Positions 37,101 to 48,487 of a stretch of 64,000 bases of DNA are shown piece by piece. The stretch is from Neophaeotheca triangularis (Eukaryota). Under the pieces are notes generated by a model. It saw nothing but the letters and a program-made list of their open reading frames with translations. It ran no database searches and was not told where the DNA came from. Within the stretch, counting starts at the first letter, position 1, and each line of letters starts with the position of its first letter. The translations under genes were made by a program, and so were the position numbers. The stretch lies in the NCBI GenBank assembly GCA_054600435.1, contig BAAIJX010000026.1, positions 248,001 to 312,000 of the forward strand, given 5' to 3'.

Positions 37101-38725
37101 CCAGCTTGACGCTTCTTCTTTCCCAAGACTCGGACGTCATACGTAGCTCCATATCTGGACCATTCGATGGCCTTCCGCCGCCTGAAGACAACATCCGGCC
37201 TTGGTTGATCGGCCTTTTTCTTCTTTCCTTCAGCAAATCCATCACCTACGTGCTATCGCAGGCTACAATGCTCATTATCGTCTACGTTGCCGGCAAAGGC
37301 ATGTTCGAAGCGGTGATGGAGAGAGTTGCCTTCGCAACATTCCGGTTCTACGACGTTACCCCTGTCGGACGCCTGATGAACCGCATGACCTCTGACATCG
37401 GTGTAATTGATGGCAACATCAGTGCTCAATTCCAGCTCGTCACCTGGCTGGGTATTTCCTGGGTCACTTCTGTCATCGTCATTGCGTCAGTCACGCCTAC
37501 CTTCCTGGTCTTCTCCGCCCTCCTCGCCATTGCATTTGTGCTCATCTTCCGCCAATTCCTACCAACATCACAAAGCTTGCGGCGGCTAGAGATGGTATCA
37601 CTGAGCCCACTAATGTCTAACTTTGGTGCCCTGCTAAACGGTCTAGCTACGGTGAGAGCGTTTCACGCTCAGCCTCGCTTCCAAGATCGAGTCATCGAAG
37701 TCGTCGACATTTTCCAGAAGATGGACCACTTCTACTGGAGCTTGCAAGGCTGGCTCATGTATCGCTACGACTCTCTTGGTGCAGTCGCTACCTTCCTGAT
37801 TACCATGATTGCGCTTGGAACCGACGTCTCCGCCGGACTGACTGCCTTTGTACTGCTGAATGCTAATAGGTTCGTCATCACCACCCATTATCTATGCAAG
37901 CAGTACGGTCAGCTGCAGATGGAATTTGTCTCGGTGGAGAGGGTGTCGGAGCTCCTGCACCTCGAGCAAGAACCTCAAGGCGAAGTCAGCCCTCCAGCGT
38001 GGTGGCCTTCGTTCAGTGGCGACATCATTTTGGAAAAGGCCACCATCCGCTACGCCGAGCACTTGGACCCGGCTCTCTCAGACATTTCCTTCACGATTAA
38101 GGGTGGGTCCAAAACCGCTGTAATCGGTCGAACAGGCTCTGGTAAAAGCACATTGGCACTCGCCTTGCTTGCAACGGTGCTACCAGAGTCTGGCCGGATT
38201 CTCATCGACAACATCGACTTGGCAGAAGTCGACAAGCAGCTGCTCCGAACTCGAGTGACCTTCCTTGCCCAGGACCCAGTTCTGTTCCCCGGTACGATGC
38301 GTGAGAACCTCGATCCCGTCTCCGAGCACACTGACGAGGCGTGCGATGCTATACTGGAACGAGTCTGCTCACGACAAGGCTGGACTCTCACGACCGAGAT
38401 TGAAGCCGGCGGACGGAATTTAAGCCAAGGTCAACGGCAACTGGTAGGATTGGCGAGAGCCGTGCTAAGAAGAAGCGCCATCATTATCATGGACGAAGCG
38501 ACCGCCAGCATCGATCAGGACACCGCTATGCAGATTCAGCAGATCTTGCACGAAGAGATGAAAGAGAGCACCGTTGTTACGATAGCGCATAGACTGGAGG
38601 CGGTGCGGAATGCGGATTACTGCATCGTGCTCGGCAAGGGTAAAGTGATAGAGCAAGGGCCTGCGGAGGAGATGCTGAGGAAGAGAGGTGCTGGGACTGA
38701 CCGGGATGATGAGAACAATACTTGA
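34178..38725 (+). CDS. ABCC/MRP-type ABC transporter (Ybt1-like)
   Basis: 1515 aa with TMD0-TMD1-NBD1-TMD2-NBD2; Walker A GEVGSGKT and GRTGSGKS, signatures LSGGQ and LSQGQ, Walker B LLLDD and IIMDE. Confidence 0.93.
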   Translation: MMQLVFSGDPPSGHHNATFTPPNYQLYCFHDVWDAREARFERCFLGVIALVPTGFAVLVLLSQVLRLGIQWRPRWTRPFVEEEPPANDDLEYDVKTKLHWSPLTILLGLLTSLGLIFQVASLALVLRDRHVPLPEASMAVPWLVTLSVTLVQRPRTAPISILTIQCVYIVCTAINLASYPHWPLQAREGLDVATLVMAVLSVLTALNMPLRDPLLCKKDICSPNMEPTSALRSPEDDMTVFQFMTISWMSPLINIGSKRQLQDEDVWQLAFEFQHSRLHHAFRQLKGSVVKRLLKANGGDLVILTCLGILELCANYAAPVLLQYLLRAMQDAAAPKRAAVTYAAITLAVRLISTQSGVFSLWFGRRCYERSRGEMITMLYEKTLGRKIGFKTAADKQDENADVDADGIANGHQDVGAVPSKGESPSRFMRIWQSISGLFRRSKESEKQKEPASMGKILNLMRNDVYEVAQRFWEFQQLITKPLSVVFSITLVVRFLGWSSLIAVSAVLIAQVLNSILARVMIYFEKKRRAATDEKLQVITQFIEAIRHLRWYGWQSAWLKQIMAARQKELNLRIVTGLWNVLIAFVNTSALDLTPVIAFFAYTVIAKEPLTVDIAFPAMQLFQMMTSALRDIPQLIITLLNAYVAVGRLEDFMAEPDRDQKATEALIGDSLALHKASFAWPGHKDPVIKEIEVSIPEGLTVVCGEVGSGKTALLQALLGELDLLDGQLIAPPEPVGYCAQAPWLQSMSVRDNILFSAPYDAKRYRNVLDACALTPDLAEFKAGDLSMIGENGVGLSGGQKARIALARAVYSTAKILLLDDPLSALDQQTAEMIVKKLFAGPLVQGRTVILVTHRTDLVLGLTNQMLQIDNGYAKLLDHDAAASDSLHRTATAQSEKKLGEEAEQKQQDAAIPDKFIEDEHRAQGGVKASVYWEYIKAGKLYWWALLVTVLALYRLSDTGLSWFLKSWGEAYNTKSSLTLLLSQDSDVIRSSISGPFDGLPPPEDNIRPWLIGLFLLSFSKSITYVLSQATMLIIVYVAGKGMFEAVMERVAFATFRFYDVTPVGRLMNRMTSDIGVIDGNISAQFQLVTWLGISWVTSVIVIASVTPTFLVFSALLAIAFVLIFRQFLPTSQSLRRLEMVSLSPLMSNFGALLNGLATVRAFHAQPRFQDRVIEVVDIFQKMDHFYWSLQGWLMYRYDSLGAVATFLITMIALGTDVSAGLTAFVLLNANRFVITTHYLCKQYGQLQMEFVSVERVSELLHLEQEPQGEVSPPAWWPSFSGDIILEKATIRYAEHLDPALSDISFTIKGGSKTAVIGRTGSGKSTLALALLATVLPESGRILIDNIDLAEVDKQLLRTRVTFLAQDPVLFPGTMRENLDPVSEHTDEACDAILERVCSRQGWTLTTEIEAGGRNLSQGQRQLVGLARAVLRRSAIIIMDEATASIDQDTAMQIQQILHEEMKESTVVTIAHRLEAVRNADYCIVLGKGKVIEQGPAEEMLRKRGAGTDRDDENNT

Positions 38726-40061
38726 TGCCCATTCGGGATCGTAGGTTTGTGTAGTGGTATTCTCTTGTCTTCTCTTTGCTCAGGTCTTGCTACTTCTACT
38801 TCCTTGCTGTCTCAGTCTGGTTTACCGCACTCTAAATTTCCTACTGGGCACTTTTTTCCTCCCTCCTTAATCTGGTATCGTCGTCAGACTGACCGCCCAC
38901 TTCAAGCAGGTATGATAAGCTCGTGAGGTCACCCTCTCCTAGGCTCTCCTTGCCTTTTCTGTTGTTCTTCCGGGCGGCCATTATCCATACTCAACGCTAA
39001 AGTTCCTGGTATACGTTTTCTCCCGCTACCCATCGTCAACAGCCAATGTCAGCTCGCTTTAAGCTCTTCCAGGCTTACCTATACCGGAATCGAAGCTTGA
39101 ACATCGTCACGATTTCTTGGAGCCCTTCCTATAGGCTAGCTCTTTTCTACGCTCCTAGCCCTTGATTCGCCCCAGGCTTAATGCAAGGGTCCTAAGGATG
39201 TTGTGGACAGACAGTACTAGCTGGAGCCTTTTCGGCTTGCGGTACCTCCACGCATTCCTGCCCTGGAGCGCAACATTGCTGAAGCCCTGAGGTGGCAGTA
39301 GCTCCGCGGTAATCAATGCTACGCTTTGAGCTCCACAAGGTCACCGAAGAAATGTGACGGCAACAGAAGCTCTGCGATTGTATCCCTGCCACCTCTTCGA
39401 CTTCCTTGCCACCTTCGAGAAAGACCGTGCTGCCGCCTTCGGGCCTGCCCCCGTATGTGTCCATCCGCCATTTTTCTAAACATCTCCTTCTCTTAGTAGG
39501 TCACCACTATCGCGGTCGTGCTTGGGGGTTTGGCTGAGCCGCGCGTCCGGCGTCCCACTGCTAGCTCTTGACAAGGTTATCGGTAGGACAATGGAGGAGG
39601 ATAGGTCTGGCCTTTTTACGTGCGCTGGTGGCTTCTGACATGACGGCGTAATACACGTGGTGTGTGGCTCATTCATCAGACGTTTGTAAAATCGACAAGA
39701 TTACTGCAGTCGCTTGAAAGTACTGTGGTTGATTGCTGCATGCAAGATTAGGTAGGTCATCCGAAGGTATTTAGATTTTGCTTCTCGCCTCGTTCTCCCT
39801 AGCTCTCCTTACACTCGCCAATGCGTACCGTTGGCTCTCAAATTCTGCTCTTCTCTGAACACCAGCTGAGGAAGCTGATCGTTTCAATGAAAAGGATGTG
39901 ATTGTATCGTTGGACCAACGCAGTACGAGACTACTTAAGCCTTCCGAGAGGGGGTGCCAAAAATTCCCTGCCAACCCGAAGGTCGGCAAGAGTATTCAGT
40001 ACTGCACCTTCTCAATGCAGTACAACTGCAGTATGATACTGCCTCAGACTTGCTGAAGGTG

Positions 40062-40325
40062 CCAAAAATTAATGTTGGAGGTACGGCCTTCAGACATACA
40101 TTCACTGACCGAGCTCCTTGATGTGGTTCCAAAAAGTAATGTTGGAGGTATGGCCTCAGACGCGTCTTCACTGACCAAACTCCATGAGATAGTTCCAAAA
40201 AGTAGTGTTCAAATACGGCCTCAGACGTGTCTTCACTGACCGACCTCCACGAGATAGTTCCAAAAAATTGAGAATGGGGATACGCCGATACGGTCTCAGA
40301 CTTGTCTTCACTGACCGAACCCCTT
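40062..40325. repeat. Degenerate tandem repeat, 4 copies of ~66 bp
   Basis: Units start at 40062, 40129, 40195 and 40260; consensus CCAAAAAGTAATGTT...TACGGCCTCAGACGTGTCTTCACTGACCGAxCTCCAxGAGATAGTT. Confidence 0.9.
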
Positions 40326-41928
40326 GATCGTTTTCTGTTGTTCTCGTCGACGCTGGCGGAAGGAAAGGAAAGAGGAAAGGGTACGAGGAGGAGGGCTTTT
40401 TGTAGGGCCTCACATGGTCCGTGTGTTTGCCGGAATCACGCCTTGGAATCACATACACCACTTGGCGCGACGAGGCATGACATTGATCTGCCGTCGCCTG
40501 CAGGGCGGTGAGGACGTGAGGTAGCGGGACCAATGATTGTCTCCCGCTCCCGCACACAGAGCTAGAAAGTACAAATTCAAGTGTTTGCTCGCTTCTCACT
40601 CTTCCTATGATTCTACCTGCAACGCACTCACCTTTCCCTTTGTCTCTCTTATCTATCACACAACCTCCCCAAATCGCGTAACCTACTGAAGTCTCGACTA
40701 TCGACACAGCTCAGGCTGCTCACGAAGGTCTGATCATGGCCAAATGCGACAAGCCATCGCGACAAGTTTCGCGTGGCCCAGGTGCTGTTTCCCCCTGCCC
40801 ATGATATAGCCTAAAGGCACATTTGGGGAGCTACGTGATAACGCAACAGCAGCAGTTCGATCAACTACCCAACAACGGACTTTACGACTGGCCTCCGAAC
40901 GGTTCGCACGACGCGAGTCGCAAGCAGAGAGGAAGAGGCAGTGACAGCTTGAGTCAGCAGTCTCAACGAGCGCTTCGATCCAGGCGTGATGATTAGGTCG
41001 CCGCCAGTGGAGAATGAAGAGTGAAAGATTTCGGGGAACGAAATTCGAACAAAACCCTTTACGAACAGCCGCAGGCACAATCACATACCTGTTGGTTATT
41101 ACTAAACCGGGGAGATTGAACACTACTAGTCCTTCAACCTTGCTGGTTGATTATGAGCTCGTTCTCAATCGCGTTGTACCATTAGCTAGACATATTTCAC
41201 CACACGCAACCCTTCGTTCTGAATTTTGCTTGAATTCAGCTTTAGGTTTATGTTGTCGCCTCCTTTTCGCAACTGTCATAGATTAAGTCAAGCTATACAC
41301 CGCGTGAAACAGCAGTCTCTGCACCGCACATATTAGGCGCACGACAATAGCGTGGTTCGCTTGACTCGACACATGTCCATCAGTGCTTCAGGCTACCATG
41401 ACCGTTGGAAGGTATCGTTAAGCAGATTTCTCCACGGTAATCCAATCTCTGTCACCGTTGGCTCTACCCCCTTCTTCAGACTCGACCTGTCTTCACAAAA
41501 TTGAAGAAGTTCCATTGGAAAGAAAATGACTGGCGCTAGTAGAAAGGCGAAATAGGCTCTTTTTACTTCAAACCATTACTTCGGTTTCCTTTAACTGCCG
41601 CGACTTTCGATTGGACACATAAACTCACCGCTAGTGAATGAATGGGTTTTCAAACAAACCTCAAGCACTTGAAAACAGCCTTCACTGTGCTCGCTACTAA
41701 AGCGGTCAAGATTGTCAATACACACGACTGTACTGCGTGGCTTTGTCGTAGCATTCTGGTCTCTTCGAACCTGTAAACTTCCAGTAAGAAAATTTGAGAC
41801 ATTGCTTTTGTTCGATATGGACGTTCTACCCCTTGCTCCACGAAGACAGCGTTGTCGTACTGCAATCGATCAACCACCAAGGTTGCTAGCCGTTGTCATG
41901 TTGCTGAGACTTCTGTGGCCCTCGACAC

Positions 41929-42180
41929 TCACAAGTTGTCGATCGTCTCGGTGTCTTGGACCCAGTAGCACTTCATCCAGCCGTTTTGCTGGTCAAACCT
42001 GACCCAAACCCATTGCTGCGTCTCCTCCAACCACTGAGGGTGAAGGGCCTCCCTCCCAACCAAGCCAAAAATGCTTTGCATGGCATGCGAGAACCAGCGG
42101 AAGCGTGCGATCTCCTCGAGTGGAGTCCAGTGGTTGCGCGAGCGCAAACTCTGCCCTTGGTAGTAGAGGGCGAGAGGCAT
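41929..42180 (-). CDS. Small orphan Trp-rich protein (83 aa) with an upstream intron
   Basis: CAAGCATG context; intron 42280-42210 (GTATGC...TACTGAC...CAG) in a C/A-rich leader; 'MPLALYYQG...WVWVRFDQQNGWMKCYWV'. Confidence 0.55.
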   Translation of the reverse strand: MPLALYYQGQSLRSRNHWTPLEEIARFRWFSHAMQSIFGLVGREALHPQWLEETQQWVWVRFDQQNGWMKCYWVQDTETIDNL

Positions 42181-45100
42181 GCTTGCGGTGGAGGTTTGTG
42201 TAGGTTTTGCTGTTCCACGAATGGACGTCAGTAGACTGTTTACCGCATGTGCGGACGTGAGACGCATCGATCAAGCATACTGGTTTTGTATGTGGATGTC
42301 GAGTTTAATGGTGATTTGCGGCGAGCAGAGCTTGTGTTGGTTGTTTTTTTCGTGATTTGTGAGTGTGACAAGGTGTAGGAGAACAAGCTGGAGTTGAACT
42401 TCAGCTGCATGGCGCTATCCAGTAAGGTGGGCAACCACCTCTCATTCACGCAGTTGAGCCAGCTACTGCACGGCAACGCACATTCACACGGGCAAAAACA
42501 GAAGAAGAGAAGAAGAGACGCCTTTACGAGTACCGCCCCTCGATTGACACCTTCCAAAGACCTACTCAATCTCGGAGGTTGACTCTCCGTCAGGACAGAG
42601 GTATAGCTTGCAATTGGCGAAAACATGTGTCAAACGCTCGTCGTTGTTCTTATTCTTGTCTTGCGCGCTACATGCTTACACCACCCTGTTGCTACAAGCG
42701 ACGGCTGCCCTGTATTTACCCCTGATGGGCATCATGCAAAGCCAACAGCAACAGCAGATTGGAAAGCTTCGTTCTGCTTCGGAAGAGACGATATGTAGCA
42801 GACGAGCCGTTTACCTGCAACCTTAAAATCAACTCATTAATTGGGCGAGACAACGGAAAGTCGGCTTGTCCTGTTGAATCAGTTGTCGAGAGGCTGAGTA
42901 GTGAGGCTCCTTGATAGACTAAGAGACATGTCGAGATCCCTCTGTGTAGGGCCATCTCGCAGTTCAGCGTTCTCAACTCTTCGTCCGTATCGTTATCCTA
43001 CCAATCTCAAACAGTATCCAGGACCGTATATCTTGTCAGTCATCTTCCTTTCTCAAGATTGTAGCCACCTGTCTGTTATTCAGCTTTTCCTCGGCTCCCT
43101 TTGATTGTCTCGAATCAGACGCATGTTATAAACAGCGGAGATTTCTTACCTTTGTAAACCAGCTGGAAGATATGCGTGCGTGAAGCGGAGGAAGAAGAAA
43201 GAGCCTGAGGAGGCCGGGTCGTATTCCCCACCGAATGAGTGGGACCGCTAACAGGGCATGATAGGAAAAGATCAGCGGTCTTGCAAGCCTTTGAGTTGTC
43301 CGATGAGAGGAAGGCCATGAAAAGGGGAAGACGGTCAGAAACGATAGAAGTGTGCGTAGCATTGAAACGTACAGGTATTGAGCAGAGGTTCTGGGGTTTT
43401 CAGAGCGTAGCGATTTGGGAATTGAAGTGACGAATCGCCCTCACTTACAGATTTTGGGATAGAGCCCGGTCGATGGTTGCCGTAAATAGCCGTGCAGAAT
43501 AAACCGACCCAAAGGCGGTAAAGTATAGCATGAAACGCCAAAGACCGCTGACGTTGTCCAAATGTTGTATCGGAGAACGCTCAAGATGCTCAATACAGTC
43601 TCTGAAGTCTTGGCGGATAAATCTAGCCGGAGCTGGGAGCAGCCAGGCTTCTTACCCTCAGTCGTGGCTTCCGCGTCGCTCTACATTTCCAATCTGCTTG
43701 CTTTCGCATGTCGCCCATGGCCCCTGTCTCCATGTGCTCGGGGGCGGCACATATGTGCTGTTGCTTGTTGAGTAACGATCTGAGTCAGTATCTAGCCAAC
43801 GAAAAGCCACCAGCCGCACCTCCGCCTCAGCGACGACGACCTCTGTTGATTCTGGATCCCGAACGATTAATATATGCGAAGGATCGTCTATGAGCCGTTG
43901 GCGGGCAGTGAGCAGCACAAGAGTGCATCCGGCTGTTATGATTTCCCCGATCGCCCTTGGTAAGCTCTCCCGGATCGCACTTGATGGATGGCTTTGACAC
44001 CGGTGAGGTGAGAAAAGAGCAGATTCACAAACAACGGACACACAAGGCAGAGAGATGAATGAAAGCTTACCTTTGAATGCCCAGAGCCGACGATGTCGAG
44101 TGACCCTCACGGAATGATCGCCTCATTCTCGCAGATTTCGCAGCGACTCTTTCCTGCTTCTTTGCCCTCAGGGTTCCCACCTGGGTCTCGTACTGGGAAC
44201 CGACAACAGGACCTCCGTGGCATGCCACATAGCCTCCGACCACGGCCAGTAGACAGGCAGCAACGCTCCAAATTGAGTCGGCATGCGTTCTGGATCTGCG
44301 AAGAGCTTCTCTGCTGAGCAGGAGGCACTTGCAAGTCCTCCTTGGCTCTCACCAGTGGAGGAACTTACCAAGTTACCAACGTTGGGATCCTCCGAAGAGA
44401 TCCATTCTGCTCGGCGTCGACAGCTTTGTGACTGGTCATGTACTATGGTGTGGATCCTGTGCTCCGTGATGAATTAACCATGTGCGCCACGGCCACTTCA
44501 AGGATAAGCGAGATCCCGAAGCCAGCGGGCGAAGGCACAAGGTCCGATCACGAGAAGGAAGTCATGTAACGGTAGGCATGGAGAGACCCAGCATATAAGG
44601 TGGCAGTATTTGAATAAGAAGAGACGGGAGGCGAAGGATGTATACACTTGGAGGAAGGAAGAATTAGTATGGGGAATGAGACAACACCGCCTCCTGGTAA
44701 TCGGTACGAACCTCGAGGGGACACCCTTACTCTATTGCTACCAAGTGCCACGACCCGCGCGGAGGATCTGCACCCATTCCCAGTCGATAAGACTTCGTGA
44801 GGGCATCCAGCATACCCGACAAAGTGCTGCGACCTAAAGCTACGACCAACTACCACCATGTCACCCACCAGCCGTTTGCAAAAGCAAACATCAGAACGGT
44901 CAAAAATCGCCTGCTTGCTTCAGAGTCGTCTTTCCTGTGCAGCGCCGGCAGCTAGCCGCCTCAGTGTTGAAGCCGGAGCAAGCCAGCCCGCCATTGCGCA
45001 AAAGAACGTGAAGTCATCACATAGCAAGAGGAGCCCCCGAAGACAACGAGATCCGCTCCACGTGCAGCTCGACAGCTCGACAGCGTGTCGGTTAGCTACC

Positions 45101-45439
45101 AGCGGAAGCAGGATCGAACTAGTATGTATACCACCAGTCGTCTGCGTCCGGCTGCCGACATCTAAGGCGGGCTTACTGCCATGGCAAGAGCTGACTTTGG
45201 GCAAGTTTGGACCGACATGGACAACGGCAGGCGAGCGCCAAGTGCTGGTGTTGAAAAAACACGAGAGCGGGCAACGCAAGCGGTAAGTCTACGTAGCGGG
45301 TCAGTAAAAGAAGAAGTTGAATGCTAACGGTGCGGGACTTCTACGGGCCATGAGGCTCACCGATGCCAGCGAGTGTTGAAGATTGAATGGACAGCGAAGC
45401 AAAGAGAGGCTACAAACCGACGTTGAAGGTCCGTGCGGA

Positions 45440-45930
45440 GCAATTCAGCAAAGTAGGAAGAGCCACCAGAGGAAAGCTGCAAGCTGCTTCAAAGACCATG
45501 TCCAAATGGCAAGCCAGCGCAGTAGTGAGAGCCGCCCAAAGGAGACTGCAAACTACTTCGAGGACTGTACGGTGAGGGGCGCAAGCCAGCAAAGCAGCAA
45601 GAGTCGCCCAGAGGAGGCTGCAAGCTGTTCAAAGGCTGTAGTGAAGGGTGCAAGCCAGCAAAGCAGCAAGAGTCGCCCAGAGGAGGCTACAAGCTGCTTG
45701 AAGACTGTGACGAAGGGTGCAAGCCAGCAAGGCATCAAGAGTCGCTCAGAGGAGGCTACAAGCTGCTTGAAGACTGTGGCGAAGGGTGCAAGCCAGCAAA
45801 GCAGCAAGAGTCGCCCAGAGGAGGCTGCAAGCTGCAGTGAACACCTTGCATGCCTTGGAGGCCAGCGAGGCAGTGGGGGCCTCTGCGTAGAGACCGCAGA
45901 CTGCCTTGAAGACCGTGCAGGGGGTGGGGC
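45440..45930. repeat. 69-bp tandem repeat (about 4 near-identical plus 3 degenerate copies)
   Basis: GCAAGCCAGC anchors at 45509, 45581, 45650, 45719 and 45788, degenerate at ~45857; unit GCAAGCCAGCAAAGCAGCAAGAGTCGCCCAGAGGAGGCTRCAAGCTG...GAAGGGT. Confidence 0.92.
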
Positions 45931-48487
45931 TAAATTTTGCTGTGGAGGTGGATGAAAGAAAAGCAACCTGCCCAAGACGCTATCGCAAGAGTCTCCCAGG
46001 GGAGCCTGCAAGCTCAAGCAACTGGTCAGGAATGCGAGGGGCGGTGGCAAGTAGTCCATGTTCAGAGTCTCCCACGAGAGGCTGCGGATCATGGCCCAAG
46101 CCGTGAGGAAGCAAATGGAGAAGACAGCGCGGATACATCACCGACTAGACCAAGGTAGGGCAGTCTCACTCTTCGCTGGCGAAGACATCAACGACAGCGT
46201 CCCATCGAAGAGCCTGCTGGCAGAAGGAGTGATGCGACGTACCATTCCCAAGGTCGACGACAAGCCAGCTTGACCATAGCTGCTGTCGGTGCATACTCTC
46301 AATCTGCTTTTGTTAGTTGATGTTTTCACACGGCTTTGGTTCATTATGAACTATCGTACCCGCGGCCTGGATCGCACGACCTGACGGCTTCATCGGTTGG
46401 CACGCTGTCGCTCACATCGCCGCACCTTGAAAGAGCCTCCAAAGGGACACTACGATCAAGAGCATTGACGCCAGCGAAGCCTGCGGCGCCGATGGAACGA
46501 GGCAAAGCTGAGTGGGATATGGCGATCACTCGCCCGCTTGCGCCCGCTGCCGCCTGGCCGTGTTCTCCTCCTCTTGCACCCACGTTATACTTGGCCGTTC
46601 GCCAGACTCAAGGCTGTTGCAGCGCAGGTGTCATGGGCTTGAGGTTTCTTTGCATCTTCTGACGAAGCCAGCGCTACGAGGTCGAGGAGAGGCGGCAGCG
46701 TTCTCGCGATCGATCGCAGATATACCCCAGCGTCCTGCGTCTACCAGAGCAGCCGACAAGGCGCTTTCAAGCCATCGTGCTTCAGGTGTACAAGGTAGCT
46801 TGTTCCCTTTGAGCGCCACTGGTTGCGAGGTGAGCTTGCGTGACCTGCTCAGCAAGAGCATTAGCAACACGCCCATGATGGGACTCAACATGAAGTGAAG
46901 TACCTTTGAAGAGCGAGACCGTACCCTAAGAGCCCTGCTCCTTACTACCGTCGCCGCCCAAAGGAAGCAAGACGCGCAAGTGAACAAGGCCGCCCCGACC
47001 TTCTCACCAGACCGATCGCCGCCGGCCTTTCAAGGACATTTCACCAAGCAGTATGCCTTCTAGAGAACACAGTACAAGCTTATGAAAGTACTGTCGAGGC
47101 CGGACAGGGATGTTCCAGGTTGTAAGTAGTTTTGGTGGGGGATAAAGAGAGAGCGTTGTCGTCAAGCGGAAAGCCGAAGGACGTCGCACCTCTCTGCCAA
47201 GACTGCGGCAACGCTAGCGCCCTTTGAATGGCGCCTCATTGCCTGAGGCGGTGACTGCTCGTTCTTTCTTGAATGATACCCTGTCCTTTCTCCAACTGCG
47301 GGCATGGGAAGAGTTGCAATCAGCATTCGTAGCGCAAGACGAATGTCACCTTGCCAGCTTTGCAGCTACATCCTAGCCCCTGAGCACAGCTACAGCGTAA
47401 TACCCGAGTCGACGACCATTGGCCACGAGAGAACGACACAGAGGCTGCGTACCTTCACCACTCGCTGCTCGTCGGCGACTCGTGGGAAGCAACAACTTGA
47501 GAAAGTCCGCTCGCAGCGTAAGGTAGGCCAGTGCTACTCAAACCACGGCAAAGCCTGCAGCCGCAGCCGCCTTCCACCGACCTGCCACAACAGCAAACAG
47601 AACGAGACATCTTGCACGAAGTCAGCACCTATTGCAAATACCTAGGCTTGGTAGATACATAAGCCCGAGTCCTCTAGACAACTCAAAGTCGACCTCAACC
47701 GCATCACAGCCTGAAACCCTTGTACCCCTTGCAAACTCCGCCCTACCCCTTTCAAGACCACCCAAGCAGCGCTGGCCTCCGTCAACCCCCAAGCAAAAGG
47801 ATGGAAAGCCTTGCACGGCAAGAGAGAGACTCTCAATTGCAGCGCTCGCAAAACCCAGAAGTGTAGCCAGCTTCGCAATGGTTCGAGAGAGCGGCTTCGA
47901 CTAGGCCCCCAAAGCCTCGCAAATCGCAATCGCCTGACGATCGACAGTGCCGGGACTTGCACCCCGGACTGATACTCCCACAGCTTGCCCATCATCGTCC
48001 CACACCGCCCTCGAAAATTGGCCCCACACCCCGAGACCGTTTTTAGCCGTTAACCCACCCCCTTGAGAGCGCTCGAATTGATCCTTGGTCGAGGCCGCGA
48101 GATTCGCCGTGTGCCAGCGAGTGAGTTCTTTCTTGGTTCCTACTGCTTCCTGTGACACTGAATGCCCCTCTTCAAGTCACGAAAAGGTGAAACTATATTC
48201 GAGGAAAGTAGTATAGTATATATACCAATAGCATTGTCCGCCGAGGTGTGGGTATATTCAACCGATATGAAACCGCCAACGCCATAACCGGCACCTTGAC
48301 GCAATGCTCGCTCCCTCCATCCACCCCTCCATGCCCGTTCCAAAATGCGGCCACGCTCGCTAAATCAGTAGCCCCCAAAAAAGCACCGGCTAATCGAAAA
48401 CAACCCCGACGCCGTGGCCTGACGATCCAGAGATGACAAACTCAACTCCCAGCAACCGAGTAACGCAAGCAAGCTAAACACGAAACC

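Noticed and set aside
43290..43330. 'GLPLIGQL' resembling a cytochrome P450 N-terminal motif (- strand)
   Set aside because: Only 8 residues, with no other P450 motif nearby.
47642..48158. Minus-strand ORFs downstream of PUT1
   Set aside because: No recognisable motifs; likely 3' flank sequence.
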